Shown here in pieces: positions 17,956 through 26,724 of a DNA stretch of 64,000 bases. The translations under genes and the position numbers were made by a program. Origin of the DNA: Minisyncoccota bacterium. GTDB lineage: Bacteria > Patescibacteriota > Minisyncoccia > Phycocordibacterales > PALSA-1337. The notes beneath the pieces were generated by a model that saw only the letters and a list, made by a program, of their open reading frames with translations, was not told the origin of the DNA and did not search any database. The stretch is taken from positions 201,086 to 265,085 of the forward strand of contig JBAYFZ010000001.1 of the NCBI GenBank assembly GCA_041666915.1. The letters run 5' to 3'. The stretch's first letter is position 1, and each line of letters begins with the position of its first letter.

Positions 17956-18813
17956 TTGAAAAAACAGAAAATAACTAGTCGTTATGAGTTCAAAAACGGC
18001 CGTGGAACAAAAATTGGAACAATAGTGGTGCTAAACATAATTGCACTAATAGGCATCATCTATTACCTAATAATTCAATCATCAAACCATGAGCCTGAGA
18101 TTGAATCTTATATTCGCTCACAAATTACACAGAAAGACGTAGCTCCGGGTTTCGAACCAGCCTTCATCTACTTCAAACGCCCTAACATGACAAATGAGAT
18201 GTTCTGTTGTGTTGGAACAATATTCAGTGATAAAAATAGTGTTATACAAATAGCCACAGCTGAACATGTCTTTCGGACTGATATACACTCATCGCAAATA
18301 TTAAGTGTACGTACCCTACGTCAAAAAATGAATCCGCCCGTAGCCTACATCAATCGTATTATTGCAACAGGTAAAGAACTCGGTGGACCAGATCATGATG
18401 AACGTGATATTGTTGTTGCCTCGTTAGGATCGGAACCTGTTGTTCTTAAACCATATTCCGGATTCTTATATAACGAAATTGGTCAAAACTTCTGGGGTAA
18501 TGTCGTTATAGGTAAAACTAAAATTACACGTTTACGTTCATTATTATCAGGTGAATACGTAAATACACTTGGCTATGTACAAAGCAGGCAAGGAACAAAC
18601 ATTTCTAACTTTGTTCTTATTGAAAAACATGTTAGGCAAGGTGAGAGCGGTACTGGTTACGTTGATGATTTTGGTGGTTTATGGGTTGTACATTCTGGTA
18701 CAGAAGATAAAAACGAGGAAGCTGAAATCTGTAAAGAAGGTAAACGTATAACAGGTAGACGTATTACCGGTGTCGCTACAGTTTCTGGACCACTCTTCGG
18801 ACATTACAAATAG
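17956..18813 (+). CDS. Membrane-anchored protein with a trypsin-like serine protease-like triad pattern
   Basis: The N-terminal TM is GTIVVLNIIALIGIIYYLII. Candidate triad residues lie in IATAEHVF (His), DERDIVVASL (Asp) and QGESGTGYV (compare GDSGGP). The assignment is weak. Confidence 0.35.
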   Translation: MKKQKITSRYEFKNGRGTKIGTIVVLNIIALIGIIYYLIIQSSNHEPEIESYIRSQITQKDVAPGFEPAFIYFKRPNMTNEMFCCVGTIFSDKNSVIQIATAEHVFRTDIHSSQILSVRTLRQKMNPPVAYINRIIATGKELGGPDHDERDIVVASLGSEPVVLKPYSGFLYNEIGQNFWGNVVIGKTKITRLRSLLSGEYVNTLGYVQSRQGTNISNFVLIEKHVRQGESGTGYVDDFGGLWVVHSGTEDKNEEAEICKEGKRITGRRITGVATVSGPLFGHYK

Positions 18814-18836
18814 AGTGTTGCAGAGTAACAATCTCA

Positions 18837-18882
18837 AGACCTCACACGAAAAGGCATCACGCTTTTAATGTGAGGTCTTTTC
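18837..18882. terminator. Hairpin AAGACCTCACA-loop-TGTGAGGTCTTTT between convergent genes (member of the recurring GACC(C)TCA terminator family)
   Basis: Read directly. Confidence 0.5.
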
Positions 18883-19521
18883 TTATTTCTTAAAATATTC
18901 TGAAACTGTCGTTACCAAATCTTCTGGTTTTTCAACAATCTTAAAAGGTTCTCCACGAATAAGAGTTTCCCTATCATGAAAACCCCAAGTAACTCCAATA
19001 GAACCCATCTTTACATGCTTTGCTTCGCGCATATCACCAAGAGTATCCGTGATGAAAACACATTTATTTGAATCAATATTATATTTAGAAAAAACCATCT
19101 TCATTTTCTCAACCTTACTCGTGTGCACATCATTTCCCATCACTTCTACAAAAAACGGTGCTAGATTATATTTTTCCAAAAGTCCTTGTATCGGAGCTGT
19201 AAGTGTAGAAGAAATCACTATGAGTGTATATGATTTTGCTAACTCTTTTATAACTTTTTCTATACCAGGAATAGTCAGAACTCGTTCTTTTATTCTTGGA
19301 ATATACTCTGCAAAAAAATCAATATCGTGACGACATTTTTCATCATGTTTTGTATCTGCTTTTTGCCAATCATTAATATTTCCTTCAAAACCTTTTTTAT
19401 AATCAGCTTCTGTTGCATTAGGACAGATCATCTTTTTCACCTCAAAGGCTGTAGCAAAAGAATCTACTATAACTCCATCAAAATCAAAGAGAATAAAGTT
19501 GGTATGCATTGATAATTTCAT
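18883..19521 (-). CDS. HAD-superfamily hydrolase (phosphatase/beta-PGM-like)
   Basis: Motif I is FDFDGVIVDS. The C-terminal ITDTLGDMREAK provides the metal-binding Asp motif. Confidence 0.8.
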   Translation of the reverse strand: MKLSMHTNFILFDFDGVIVDSFATAFEVKKMICPNATEADYKKGFEGNINDWQKADTKHDEKCRHDIDFFAEYIPRIKERVLTIPGIEKVIKELAKSYTLIVISSTLTAPIQGLLEKYNLAPFFVEVMGNDVHTSKVEKMKMVFSKYNIDSNKCVFITDTLGDMREAKHVKMGSIGVTWGFHDRETLIRGEPFKIVEKPEDLVTTVSEYFKK

Positions 19522-19528
19522 ATATGAT

Positions 19529-20077
19529 CTAATTCCAAATAATATTCAATTTCGGCCACTTTTCTTTCCAGCGCTTACTCACCACTCTATCGTTGTATGC
19601 CCCAGCATCAGAACATCTAGGATTCATCCGTACAACCAAATTCACCAAATCATCAATCCCGAACGAAGCATGGAGTCGTAGTTCCCCATTATTATCCATA
19701 GACACCGCTATACATGTTGGTATTTCTACCCAATCAGCTAAAGCGTCCTGCGTATCTTTATATGACCCTCTATTGTGCCATTTATGGGTATAAGCTTGAT
19801 TGACAATCTCCCAATCTACACCAGTTTTTTCCTTGGCTTCCAGAGATAGTTGACTATCTTTATTTTCATCAATATTGTTTTTGTCAAAATATATGAGATC
19901 AATATCCCTTGTCGGCACCTTCTCATTTTTATATCCATGCAGATAATCCCAAACTTTATTTCTCACAAACCCTGCACCAATCATCCAATCTGGCAAATTC
20001 AATTTTTGAGCAACGTGCAAAATATCCATCATCCATTTATCATCTTCAATAATTTTTAGAATGTCTTGTTCGGTCAT
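19529..20077 (-). CDS. Nucleotidyltransferase family protein (NTP_transf_6/PF06042-like)
   Basis: WMIGAGFVRNKVWDYLHG...TRDIDLIYFD shows a GxG...DxD nucleotidyltransferase fold pattern. The length is 182 aa. Confidence 0.45.
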   Translation of the reverse strand: MTEQDILKIIEDDKWMMDILHVAQKLNLPDWMIGAGFVRNKVWDYLHGYKNEKVPTRDIDLIYFDKNNIDENKDSQLSLEAKEKTGVDWEIVNQAYTHKWHNRGSYKDTQDALADWVEIPTCIAVSMDNNGELRLHASFGIDDLVNLVVRMNPRCSDAGAYNDRVVSKRWKEKWPKLNIIWN

Positions 20078-20101
20078 TAGATTATGTTGTTGTAGACTTG
20101 C

Positions 20102-20716
20102 ATGGTTATGAATAGTTTATGTTATCATTTTAATACCAACATGTCCCTACTCACTGAACAAAGTAACAAATTCAAGAGCCTCGCGGATGACTTACTCGCC
20201 TCATCAAAATTACCCCAGATTTTAGAAAAATATGGTCAAGTCAGGTTCGTCGGTTCTTACTCGGCAGGATTGATGATGCATGGTGACATTGACATTCACA
20301 TCCTCCGCGACAAAGAGTTTACTAAACAAGAAACGTTGAATATGTTCAATGAAATTGTTGCTTCCACCAAATTCAACAGTTATTACATTGGTGACTGGAA
20401 TGACAGTAATGTTCACCCCAAATTTCCTTATGGATATTACATCGGTTTGAAGACACGGATTGGCGATATTAGATGGAAAATTGATATTTGGTTTGTGAGT
20501 ATTGCTGAGCAGAATCGATTCAATAAGGAAAATATGGATGTAACGAAGCTCACCCTATCTGACGAGCAACGAGAAGCTATTCTAACATTCAAAAAATACC
20601 GACAAGAAAACGGTGTCAAAATATCTGGACAAGAGATTTATGAAATGGTTATAAACAAAGGAATCAACAAACTAGAAGAATTCAAACATTTATTGAAAGA
20701 TCACGTTTCAAAATAA
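20102..20716 (+). CDS. Minimal nucleotidyltransferase-fold protein with a helical C-terminal domain; likely start MSLLTEQS at 20141
   Basis: VRFVGSYSAGLMMHGDIDIHIL fits hG[GS]...DhDh. It is divergently arranged with the previous nucleotidyltransferase gene. Its 3' end overlaps the convergent NUDIX gene. Confidence 0.45.
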   Translation: MVMNSLCYHFNTNMSLLTEQSNKFKSLADDLLASSKLPQILEKYGQVRFVGSYSAGLMMHGDIDIHILRDKEFTKQETLNMFNEIVASTKFNSYYIGDWNDSNVHPKFPYGYYIGLKTRIGDIRWKIDIWFVSIAEQNRFNKENMDVTKLTLSDEQREAILTFKKYRQENGVKISGQEIYEMVINKGINKLEEFKHLLKDHVSK

Positions 20717-21188
20717 GCGCTCTTTTCATAATCCTCTCTCCAACTTCACCCCAATCAAAATACTTTTTGTAATCAGCTGGATCAATCAAATTGATCTCTG
20801 TAATATCTCCATCTGGATCTGACTCAAATGGTCCATAAGGCTCTACTATACAAACTGAACGAGTCTGTCGCACGATCCTATCCGGTTCATAGATGTCTTG
20901 ATAGCCGATAAACTTTTGACTTAATACTTTCATATTCGTTTCTTCTTTTACCTCTCGCACAACAGCTTCTTCATATGTTTCTCCTTGTTCAATACCTCCT
21001 CCCGGTGGAGTCCAATACCCTTTTTCGGATGCATAGACAACAACGAGTTTGCCCTTATAGAAACAAAAAGCATGGACAGCTTGAAGTATTTTTCCATCGA
21101 GATCCTTCAACGGATTATCTTCACGATAAATGAGGTTGAGTTTTTGGCCAGAACGATTAATGTGAGAGAATTTTATTTCCATATGCAT
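20682..21188 (-). CDS. NUDIX hydrolase
   Basis: The Nudix box is PPGGGIEQGETYEEAVVREVKEETNM. Confidence 0.85.
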   Translation of the reverse strand: MHMEIKFSHINRSGQKLNLIYREDNPLKDLDGKILQAVHAFCFYKGKLVVVYASEKGYWTPPGGGIEQGETYEEAVVREVKEETNMKVLSQKFIGYQDIYEPDRIVRQTRSVCIVEPYGPFESDPDGDITEINLIDPADYKKYFDWGEVGERIMKRALILKRDLSINV

Positions 21189-21505
21189 ATGTAAGATATC
21201 TTGATTTTTAAATGACCGTGGTTATCTACAACTTTTGCTGGCTGTGTGGGACGAAGTTGGAACATGTTTATAGAGGAATGGAGGGGGTTAAGGCAAGGTA
21301 TTCACAACCTACCAGACACAGGTGAAATCATTTGAAGTAAATACTGATTAGTATCCAGAGAAGGATTGTCATTATATTTTTGATTTTGATAAATATTTTC
21401 TAATTACATTAGCTGACCTTCGCGGGTTCGTATATTTCTACACCTTACCCCACAAGACTTTTCCAATGTTTTTTAGTTTATCATTTTGACACTCCTCGGA
21501 ATATT

Positions 21506-22123
21506 TTACGCAAAAAGTTTTGCGGCTACAGAAACAATAAAGGCTAGGAGGCCCAGCACGAACAATGTAAAGCGTTTTTGAGATAACATTTCAATTTGGT
21601 ACTTTACGATTGCATGCTTTTCCTTCAGTGGTCCTGAAAAAGTACTGTCAAGCATTCTTTGAATTTTTAAACCTTGGTTCTCCGCAAAAAGTTTCCTTGG
21701 ATACTCATGCTGGCTTTTATTTTCTTTCTCCCAAAGCAGTCTTTCAGATTCCAATATATCTTTTACATTTCTAGTTTTTTCTTCTAAAGCCTTTTTATTT
21801 TCTTCATTGCTTAGAGTTACTTTTATGAACTGTAATAATGATGGAGTATAAAATTCCTTCATTATCTTATCCAAATCAGATTCAAAATCTGATTTCCATT
21901 TATCTTTCTGACTATCAAAGATACTTTTTCTCAGAGACTCCCTGTACTTAGCGTACAACGTAAGAAGTAGGCACAGAACAAGAAGAACGATTGAGACAAT
22001 AGTAGAAATCTTGAAATAGACAGTTTGCCCCGTCTGAAGGGAATATAAAACCACAAAGGCAGCCAACAGGGCTATCGATGCTGTGATTAAGACATTATCA
22101 ATCTTCTCAATTTGATCTTTCAT
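21506..22123 (-). CDS. Hypothetical membrane protein (N-terminal 2 TM, coiled coil, C-terminal TM)
   Basis: Assessed by hydrophobicity pattern only. Confidence 0.4.
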   Translation of the reverse strand: MKDQIEKIDNVLITASIALLAAFVVLYSLQTGQTVYFKISTIVSIVLLVLCLLLTLYAKYRESLRKSIFDSQKDKWKSDFESDLDKIMKEFYTPSLLQFIKVTLSNEENKKALEEKTRNVKDILESERLLWEKENKSQHEYPRKLFAENQGLKIQRMLDSTFSGPLKEKHAIVKYQIEMLSQKRFTLFVLGLLAFIVSVAAKLFA

Positions 22124-22419
22124 ATTAATTTAATGCTTTCTTCATTATGGGTCTTATAAAAATGCTCTTCGGACTCCGAACCTTTCTGCGAAATTGCTGG
22201 CAGGGCTGGACGATGTTCGAACATTTCGCAATATAAATGAGTATGCAGTCAAGGCAATATACCACTTCTTCAGAAGCGTCTGTGAGTCCCCTTCCTTTAC
22301 AATATCTGATTGGTTTCTGTTATATCATTCGGGAAGTATCGACGATATATGGAATTGAAAAAAGACGGCAAAAATTGCCGGGACAAGCAACTTTTACAGT
22401 GAACCGTTACTTGTTTTGT

Positions 22420-22863
22420 TTAAATTACTTCAACTCTCCTCTTAATTTCATAAACAGTTGCAAACGGAAATATGAATGACCCTTTAATCATTTCTGGCTT
22501 ACCATTAATCTCAATGATTGTTTTACGAGCGTATGGTTTTGAAGAATTCTTTCCGTAAATAGACTCAAACATAAGAGGGTTACTAATTTTGTTATTTATC
22601 TCAAAAGAGTCATAAATCTTTACAGACTTTCCTTTCAAAATTCCCTCTATTACATTCTGCTCCATATGGTCTGGCATATCTGCAAAAGTTATGTTTGACC
22701 AAAACTTCATTTGGAAGTTTAGATTATATCGTCTAGCTAATTTCCTAAGACGTAACGACCTTAGCAATTTAGGCCCCATAACAGGAATTGAAAAGATTGG
22801 AAGTAAAATCAGACCAACAATACAAATAGCACCAAATACTTTTATGTTTTCTAAGGATATCAT
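22420..22863 (-). CDS. Hypothetical membrane-anchored protein (operon member 4)
   Basis: It has an N-terminal TM (FGAICIVGLILLPIFSIPV). It lies 2 nt downstream of the previous gene. Confidence 0.4.
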   Translation of the reverse strand: MISLENIKVFGAICIVGLILLPIFSIPVMGPKLLRSLRLRKLARRYNLNFQMKFWSNITFADMPDHMEQNVIEGILKGKSVKIYDSFEINNKISNPLMFESIYGKNSSKPYARKTIIEINGKPEMIKGSFIFPFATVYEIKRRVEVI

Positions 22864-22864
22864 C

Positions 22865-23143
22865 TTATTCTATATTATTCTTCATCCACTCATTCACTTC
22901 TTTAGATACTCCGTATGTCCCCCAATGTTTAACGATCTGAATGACCAATAATTTATCATTAGCATCAAGGAAGCCTTTTAGCTCATCCCTAATTTCACCA
23001 GCAGTTTTTTTACTTTTTACAAACCATACGGAATATAATGGCTTTGCCCACCATGAATAAGACTTAATCTTTGCTATAAGATTAACATAATCCTGTCGTG
23101 TTTCTGGTTGACCTAGATCATATGAAATAAGGTAGGTATTCAT
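22865..23143 (-). CDS. Small alpha/beta protein with Cas2-like secondary-structure pattern (operon member 3)
   Basis: The 92 aa product has YLISYDL..., LYSVWFVKS and KLLVIQI, resembling the beta1-alpha1-beta2-alpha2-beta3 order of Cas2/VapD-like ferredoxin folds. This is a resemblance only. Confidence 0.3.
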   Translation of the reverse strand: MNTYLISYDLGQPETRQDYVNLIAKIKSYSWWAKPLYSVWFVKSKKTAGEIRDELKGFLDANDKLLVIQIVKHWGTYGVSKEVNEWMKNNIE

Positions 23144-23148
23144 TATTA

Positions 23149-23790
23149 TTATTTTATTTCTGAAGTCACAGATACTGGGTTTGTAGATCCAACATCCCTG
23201 ATTTCTTCGATACTTGCCAACTCCACCCCCGTCTCCGAGTCCGTTTGTGGAATTTTTGATAAAATCAGATTCAACATCTCTTGTTTTTTCACCAGTTCAA
23301 TATTTTGCTTTTGAAGTTTACCATTTTCGTCAATAAGTTTCTCAGCAAATTTCACCACACGTTCACGATTAAAGGCACTCTGATCTCTATCGTTTTTTAT
23401 TTCCGCAAGTTCTTTCTGATGTTCAACTCTTTCGGCATTTAATTTTTCTTGATTTTTTTCATCATCCCATAATTTATTCGCTTTATTCCTAATCATTTCT
23501 TGTATATCATTAAGTCTTCCCCTCGCTCCAAAAAAATTGAATTCTTCAATTGAAAAGAAAAGGTACGTAAATACTTTCCTAAAGAAGATAAGCGCACAAA
23601 GTGTAATCGCTGGCCAAATTGTTGCGTTAATTAAGCTTATTAAATGATCGTATGTTAGACCGAAATGAGCAATCGGGATTAATATTGCACCAACTAAAAC
23701 AACAAAGATAACATATGGTAGTAGATCAACAAATTTAGTGGCGAGATTATTCATTCCGATATGGAAATTTACATAACAAAACCTTACCAT
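23149..23790 (-). CDS. Hypothetical membrane protein with a C-terminal coiled coil (operon member 2)
   Basis: It has 3 N-terminal TM helices followed by a K/E-rich coiled coil. Confidence 0.4.
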   Translation of the reverse strand: MVRFCYVNFHIGMNNLATKFVDLLPYVIFVVLVGAILIPIAHFGLTYDHLISLINATIWPAITLCALIFFRKVFTYLFFSIEEFNFFGARGRLNDIQEMIRNKANKLWDDEKNQEKLNAERVEHQKELAEIKNDRDQSAFNRERVVKFAEKLIDENGKLQKQNIELVKKQEMLNLILSKIPQTDSETGVELASIEEIRDVGSTNPVSVTSEIK

Positions 23791-23890
23791 ATTATTTGCA
23801 GAAAAGGAAGGTTTTTAAGAAAATTTCTTCAACTATTAAAATTCCCAATTATTAGTTACAACTACTCCAAATGTAGCCATCAACGATAAA

Positions 23891-24487
23891 TTAAACAATA
23901 GTCGGCTGACACGTCTTAAATGCGAGGACCTCAGAATTGCGCATCAAAATGGTCTTGTTTGTAGTATACGACAAACCTTTGTTTGGCTGATTCTCAAAAC
24001 CAAGATAGACACAACTTACCTTTCGCGCACGAACTTCTTTGATGGCTGGTTGCAGATCAGAATCGGAACTAGCCAATATAATTTCTTTTACAGATTCGTC
24101 ACAAGCCATTGTTACCATATCAACAGCAATTTTTACATCCACACCCTTTTCTTTAAAAACCAAGACTTTCTTTCCATTCAGACCTTCTTCCATTTGCCCC
24201 CTGACGCGTCCACGTAAAACCACTTCAAAACCCTGATTTTCCAGATGAGTCTTCAACAAACGTTGCTCTTCTATGAGTTGCTGGGATTTTTCCCTGCTTC
24301 CTTCATGTACTTTAATCTGGGCAAAATAGAAGATCTTACGATCAATAACAAAACCTTCCAAGACTTTCACAAATAATCCACGAAAATCAAATTCATGCCA
24401 TACTGGTTTGTTGTTTTTAGTCTCACTGAAAACGGCCCTTATTTTGCCCTTGAGATTCTCCCCATCAATTAACAGGACTGTTTCCAT
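23891..24487 (-). CDS. NYN-domain (LabA-like) putative RNase (operon member 1)
   Basis: LIDGENL, KGVDVKIAVDMV and ILASSDSDLQPAIK match NYN/LabA catalytic motifs. Confidence 0.65.
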   Translation of the reverse strand: METVLLIDGENLKGKIRAVFSETKNNKPVWHEFDFRGLFVKVLEGFVIDRKIFYFAQIKVHEGSREKSQQLIEEQRLLKTHLENQGFEVVLRGRVRGQMEEGLNGKKVLVFKEKGVDVKIAVDMVTMACDESVKEIILASSDSDLQPAIKEVRARKVSCVYLGFENQPNKGLSYTTNKTILMRNSEVLAFKTCQPTIV

Positions 24488-24675
24488 GGGGGTATTCTAC
24501 CATATCAATAACGCAAAACCCCAGCGGACCTTGCGGCTGGCTGGGGCGTGTATATCATTATAGTATACCCAAGTATATCTAAAGTCAATACCCATTACAT
24601 TATGGATTTACCACCCAGATTTGCGCCTTTTTTGAAAGAGAGTAGGATTCGGGGTGATTAATTAAACCGCAAACC

Positions 24676-26073
24676 ATGCCCACATATTTTGTTTACTGCC
24701 GCAAATCTACCGAAGCCGAGGATAGGCAGATTTTATCAATTGATTCTCAGATCAATGAACTCAAACAGCATGCCATAAAGAAAGGAATCAAAATTGTAGC
24801 TGTTCTGACCGAGGCCAAATCAGCCAAGGCACCGGGACGTCCGGTGTTTAATTCTCTAATGGAACGGTTGTACCGTGGTGAAGCTGATGGAATCCTGTGC
24901 TGGAAATTGGACCGTCTTGCTCGTAACCCTGTTGATGGTGGTGCTATCATCTGGGCCATGAAGGAACATGGGGTAAAAATTATTACCCCTTTACAGACAT
25001 ACGGACAATCCGAAGACAATGTCGTCTGGATGTACCTGGAATTTGGCATGGCACAGAAATACGTTGATGACTTGAGCCGAACCGTAAAACGGGGTTTGCG
25101 GGCGAAAGCGGAATCTGGTTGGTTTCCAAGCGTTACCCCGCCAGGATACATGAATTGTGAGAACGACGAGGGACGCAATGTTATCGCCAAGGATCCCAAA
25201 CGATTTGATATTATCCGAAAGTGCTGGGACTTAATGCTTACTGGAAAGTACACACCTCCAGAAATCAGAGAAATTGCCAATACCGCATGGAGGTATACAA
25301 CAAATCATGGAAATCCTCTGGGGCGTAGCACCATTTACAACATCTTTTCAAATCCCTTTTACCATGGCACTTATGAATATCCAAGAGGAAGTGATAACTG
25401 GCACACTGGTCGGCATACCCCTATGATAACAGAGGAAGAATTTGATACGGTCCAACACATTTTATCACGATCTCGCCATATGCCACGAAACCGCAAGGTG
25501 TTTGCCTTCACTGGAATCATCCGGTGCGGTGGATGCCAAGGCGCTGTGACAGCAGAGGAAAAGCATCAGATTATATGCCCAGTCTGTAAATTGAAGTTCG
25601 CTTACCGCTCCAAAGAGCAGTGTCCACGATGCCAGACAGCTATCGCAAACATGGTAAAACCAGTCCACCTCACTTACACCTACTACCACTGTACCAAATC
25701 TTCCAATCCCGCCTGTACCGAGCTCGGAGTTGAGCGAAAAGAATTGGAACGTCAGATCATTCGCCACCTTGAAGGTGTGCATCTTCCCGATTTTCACAAC
25801 CACTGGGTTAACACCTGTTTTGGACGTTTGAGCACAAAACCGGATACCACCAGCATGTTGGCAGTCATTACCCAATCATTCCCCAATAGCAGTCCAGATG
25901 TTCAACGAGAAATTGTTACATCAATATTTTCAGCAATAGTTCTGAAGGATAGGGAGATTGGCGTTTCGCTCAAAATTCCCTTTTCATTCCCTAACAAGGC
26001 TGAGGTGCCCACCCCGCTTGACCAAAAATCCTTTACTCAAAAGACGTTGCAGGAGCACATGTCCAGATCGTGA
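24676..26073 (+). mobile_element. Large serine recombinase (phage-type serine integrase/transposase)
   Basis: The N-terminal resolvase domain is YFVYCRKSTEAEDRQ...LDRLARN. A recombinase domain and a Cys-rich zinc ribbon (CGGCQG...CPVCK...CPRC) follow. Local GC is about 47-50% against about 33-35% around it. Confidence 0.8.
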
Positions 26074-26352
26074 CGATTGGTAACCTAAAGCCGACGAAAG
26101 TCCCCTTACAGAAGGAAAACTACCAGTGGCAGCATATTGCTGACGTAAAACTTGAAGAGCTTCCTTTTCTGGTTCGGTGAGTAAATCTTGAACTGCTTTT
26201 TCCTCTTGATTTTTCACACTAGCAGCAATGTGGCAGAGACCAAGGAACCGTACACCCATGTCATGAATTTCTTCATCAGTAGATTCTATTCCTGATTTTC
26301 GTTGGATTTTACGCAGATGCTTAAACGTGCGAGTGGAAAGTATTGGGATCAT
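25984..26352 (-). CDS. Small wHTH protein with a LexA-N-terminal-like DNA-binding domain (possible excisionase/regulator); start uncertain, 3' end overlaps the recombinase gene
   Basis: LTEPEKEALQVLRQQYAATGSFPSVRGLSSALGYQSSRSGHVLLQRLLSKGFL resembles the LexA_DNA_bind fold. Confidence 0.35.
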   Translation of the reverse strand: MIPILSTRTFKHLRKIQRKSGIESTDEEIHDMGVRFLGLCHIAASVKNQEEKAVQDLLTEPEKEALQVLRQQYAATGSFPSVRGLSSALGYQSSRSGHVLLQRLLSKGFLVKRGGHLSLVRE

Positions 26353-26421
26353 TTTCCCAATTTAGCAATATCCTGGCATCATAAACAAGCCTGGACGCCG
26401 ATGGTGTTTACTTTTGGACCC

Positions 26422-26468
26422 CTGTTTACTTGCCTGTACCGTTTATTACCTAGGATCAAAGTAAACAG
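26422..26468. other. Candidate serine-integrase att site: 9-bp perfect inverted repeat CTGTTTACT ... AGTAAACAG with a 29-bp spacer; a third direct TGTTTACTT copy lies at 26405
   Basis: Read directly. The 47-bp size and symmetric arms fit serine-integrase att sites. It lies between the recombinase islet and tRNA-Gln. Confidence 0.3.
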
Positions 26469-26536
26469 ACATGAAAAAAATGGCTTAACAAAAGCCCAGT
26501 TACGAACATCAAATATCCAAGAACTGTATCAGTGTG

Positions 26537-26607
26537 CTGGGGGACAGGGACTCGAACCCCGATAATCAGGACCAAAACCTGATGTCCTACCATTAGACGA
26601 TCCCCCA
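26537..26607 (-). tRNA. tRNA-Gln (anticodon TTG)
   Basis: The cloverleaf was folded by hand: acceptor UGGGGGA/UCCCCCA, D stem GUCU/GGAC, anticodon stem UCAGG/CCUGA with loop UUUUGGU, and T arm CGGGG-UUCGAGU-CCCUG. CCA is not encoded. Confidence 0.8.
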
Positions 26608-26724
26608 ATATTCTGTTATACCTTTGATCCAGCCTGTAATCTTACGATTCAAATCTGAACTTGTTCTTATATTAACCCGTAAAAGGCCGATATACAAGGT
26701 TACATTTAAAACTGAATACTTCTA

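Noticed and set aside
22865-23143. Calling the 92 aa protein Cas2
   Set aside because: There is only a secondary-structure and pattern resemblance. No cas1, other cas genes or CRISPR array is in the window. It is kept as a Cas2-like-fold hypothesis only.
24747-25875. Long antisense ORFs inside the serine recombinase gene (24747-25280 and 25465-25875, minus strand)
   Set aside because: They are typical of GC-richer DNA and have no motifs. The recombinase frame has full domain architecture.
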